The notes beneath the pieces are model-generated. The model ran no database searches, was not told the DNA's origin, and was given only the letters and a program-made list of their open reading frames with translations. This document shows positions 60,700-64,000 of a DNA stretch of 64,000 nt, piece after piece. The position numbers were made by a program, and so were the translations under genes. Every line of letters starts with the position of its first letter. Positions within the stretch are counted from its first letter, which is position 1. This stretch comes from Anthoceros angustus (Eukaryota > Plantae > Anthocerotophyta): contig VJWM01000182.1 of assembly GCA_010909165.1 (NCBI GenBank), forward strand, positions 1-64,000. Direction: 5' to 3'.

Positions 60700-61540
60700 G
60701 CGGAATCTTGAGTGCAAAATGAGAGATGGTGACTCAGTCGAGAAGCACATGGGAATCTTCAGAGACCTTGTTGCAAGACTCGAGAGTGCTTCCAATGAGG
60801 TCGTTAAGGACGACATGCTGGCTTTGTACCTTATGCTCTCATTACCTCCATCCTAGTCACACTTTCTGACCTCACTGAATGCCTCACAACTCACAGCTAA
60901 GAAATTAGCTAAGGCTACAAATGTCATTCTCTCCGAGATGACATTCATAGAATTAGTGGGAGCTCTTCTTGAGGAAGAGGCAACAAAAAGACCTGGAAAG
61001 GGCAAACAGCATGCCCTCTACACCACAAACCGAGGAAAAGGTGGAAAGCCTAATTTCTGAGGTCGACAAAACTCTTTAGTTGTTGGAAGCTCTCAAAAGA
61101 GTTCCTCAGAGAAGAAATCCAAGAAGTCTGGAAAATGCCACTGGTGCTAAATTCCAGGCCATTGGGAAAGCGAGTGTCGAAAGAAGCAGGCCGGAATATC
61201 TCGTAAGGAGGGCAATTCCACTTTAGAGACACATCTTGTGGTGAAGAAGCAATCTTCCCCATCAGTCCTGAATGCAGGGACCAGGGAGTATGCTCGTCCT
61301 CTTGTCCTTCCTACCTGTCTGTCAACAAAAACATAGGTCAGACCATTTCATGAATGGTACCTTGACACAGGTGCAACTGCACACATATGTTTTGACAGAA
61401 ATGCTTTTGCCAAATATAGACCAGTAACGGATCAGTTTGTTTACCTGGGTAATAATAGGTCCCTTATGTCTCCTAGTAGAGGCACAGTGAGTCTCCCTAT
61501 CCCCTCAGGGATTACTTTGTCTCTCACAGATGTATACTAT
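60700..61540 (+). mobile_element. Ty1/copia gag-protease fragment
   Basis: LMLSLPPS, zinc knuckle CHWC*IPGHWESEC, protease EWYLDTGATAHICFD..VYLGNN..GTVSL..LTDVYY. Confidence 0.85.
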
Positions 61541-64000
61541 TGTGGAGGACCACATGTACACTAACCCTTCTCCGAACTGTCAGGATGAATGATTTTTTTT
61601 TGTTTTTGGTGTGTTAGTATAGCGGAATGCTTTGGAAACGTCCGGGTAAGGCCTTTTATACGGAAATGGTCCTTGGCCCATGGTGATAATAATATTTTTT
61701 GTTTTTTTGGTCCTTGGGTTTTGACCCTGGGTATGTAGGTCAGATATAGAGTCCTTGGGTTTTGGTGATTTAAGGAATAAGAGGTGTCTATATATGCTAG
61801 GAATGCCCACATTATGCCACAGTTGGGCAGTCAATTGGGAAGGTGGCTAGCTCCACCACGGTGGCAGCAGGACGTCTGAGACCGAGGGGAGTTCACAACC
61901 CTAGTGGCGGAGGCGGGGCGGCAGTCGGTCGGAGGCCATAGCTGGAAGACCACCCGGCACCAGGCCAATTTCAAGGAGGCGGTGGGCGGGCTGACAGGCG
62001 GGTGAGGCGCACGCATGCGGCCAGCTGGGCGAAATCTCCCTTTTGTTGTGCGGTGGCAGATAGCGGCAGATAGGCGGCGAGGAGAAAACTCACGCTCGGG
62101 GCATCTTGGCGAAGGAGGAAATAAATGAGGCAGGGGGACCAGCGGAGAAAGAAGGAGGTGGTGCCTTCCTCTCGAGGCAGTCGCAGGGAGGCGGGAGGTT
62201 TTTGTGAGCGAAGAGGAAGGAAGATGGCGCCTCGAGCGGCGAAATTCCACCGCGGTGGCCCAACATGGACCACTAGAAGGTTAGAACTGGCGGCCTTGTG
62301 CGAGGCGGGCTGGATTTCATGGAGAAGAAATGGTGCTCCCAACATTGGTGTGGGAGTCGCCATGGCTGAGAACCGGTCATAGAGGCGGCGAGGAAGAGGC
62401 CGCAAAATTGGGATTTGGGGCTCTTAAGGGCATGTATGGGCGAGAGGAATCGGAGGATGGGAGCACGGTGATTGACCCCCGGAGGAAGAAGACCACGAGG
62501 CTGCGGTGACGCGCTGAAGCACAGGGAAGTGAGGGGTTAACAATGGATGGGTGACTCGCCAACTCGTGTCTGCGGTGGTGGGATTGGCCAAGTGGATTTT
62601 GTGTTTCTGCGAGCCAGGAGTTGGATCACATGGCGGACCACTTCTGGTCTTCCTTCATGAAGTGGTTAAGGGCACACGTCGATTGGGAAGGATGATTTTT
62701 GAAAGAGCACAGCAGAGAAAGGCGGGCTCCCTTCCTCGGCCCTCCTTGATTTCACCCTTTTTGATTCATGTGTTTGCGCATTCCGGATGCCTAGCAGTTG
62801 AAGGCGTATATGCGCCCTTCATAGCTGGGCCTCGGGGAACTCAGGTAGAGGAGGAGGAGTGTAAGGAGGACTCAGGGAAGGATTCCAGCAGTTGAGAATG
62901 CGCCTCTTTAGAAGATTCGGATGAAGGTGGGGAGGTTTCCAAGGGCAAGAAGCGGAGGGTGGCGGCGGTGAGCAGGGGTTGGCCAAAAGGGAAGCAACTG
63001 GTGTCTAAGCCCATCGCGGAAGGAGGAGGCAGGGTGGAAGCCAGATAGGAGGCTGCGGATGGGGATCGGCTCCACAGAACCCTAAGAGCCCGGCCCGGGA
63101 TTGTCCACAGGAGGGAGGGTAAGGACCTCTGCAGAAAGGCGTATTGTGCTGCGGCGTCGGATGAGGATGCTCATGTCCACAGCCCACGCATGGTGGCGGG
63201 TGCTCACTCTAAATGTGTATGTGGTTGTTGGGGACGGAGGCGAAACTACGGTGCACATCTTGGCCCGCAGGCGTTTACGATGGTTCCTTGAGCAGGGCTG
63301 GGCCTACCCCAAGTGGTGATCGAGGAGATGAGTGAGGCGGAGGCTAGAGCATGGAGGGAGGAGCACACGATGTGGCTGTCCGGACGAGTGGAATAATAGG
63401 CATAGGGCCTATAGGCAGCGCGATGCGCGGAGAGAAGAAACCGCATGCGGCAGTGAGGTGGAGGTTTTGGGGAGAATCGCTCGGATCGGGCGTGGCGGGG
63501 AGGCGAGAGGACCCCATGGGCGTAGGGCTGGGCGGCAAAGCAACCGCAGGCCTGATTTTAGAGGAGCACGACATCATAGGCCAGGTTTCTTTTGGGTTAG
63601 GGAATAGGATGTTTTGAGAACTGCTTGGTGTGGTTACTGGTGGTAGGAGCGCTCATGGTAGGGGCCATAATTTTTAGACCTTTGGAGAAGTGGTGTGGTG
63701 ATCCGTAGCTGGATGTATAAGAGACCCTTTTTGTGTCTCTCTTAACAGATAATTTCAGGTGTGAACTTCCGTGTGTCGAATCTGCGCGCGAGGTTGGTTG
63801 GAGACGTCTGATCAGCATCAAACTAGTTCAGTGCACCGTCTTCTCGTCACAAGAAGGCCGGGAAGGTCCACGGTGGTCGAGGCGGGTGGCCAAGCTCACG
63901 TTTGGGGTGGTGTGATGAGGTACCAGTGCATCTTTGAGAAGGGCATGAATTTAGTGGAAGGCTGAGGGTGAGGCTGCCGATGTCTTGAATGCCCAATCTT
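61541..64000 (+). mobile_element. Probable LTR-element start inserted into the copia fragment
   Basis: Copia homology stops at TGTGGAGGACCAC. A TTTTTGTTTTT tract follows ~50 bp in, as in the LTR starts at 618 and 46821 (minus). Confidence 0.45.

Overview
Eukaryotic nuclear DNA from a seed-free land plant. A hornwort is the most likely source, judged from a DYW:KP-type PPR protein with an N-terminal WW/PDF motif and from compact genes with short introns. Positions ~2.8-14.3 kb hold four host genes: a Lin0512-family protein, a MAPR/cytochrome-b5-like protein, a PPR-DYW:KP editing factor and RIC1. The rest is a nest of transposons. Main result: two kinds of DNA-methyltransferase-carrying mobile element occur here, one inserted into the other. 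(1) A Sola1-like DDD DNA transposon (~31-bp TIR, AATT target duplication) has, divergent from its transposase, an intron-containing gene for a ParB/Srx-like domain plus a bacterial-type beta-class N6A/N4C methyltransferase; two diverged subfamilies independently show this layout. (2) A Ty3/gypsy element has a pol reading DNMT3-like C5 methyltransferase-RT-RNaseH-integrase-PHD finger. Also present are CACTA-type ends, TGTGG...CCACA LTRs, a second gypsy, a copia fragment, a palindromic minisatellite and an 8.8-kb tandem duplication. The indel pattern beyond ~19 kb looks like unpolished long-read consensus, so frameshifts there do not prove pseudogenisation. All family assignments come from motif recognition by eye; no searches were run.
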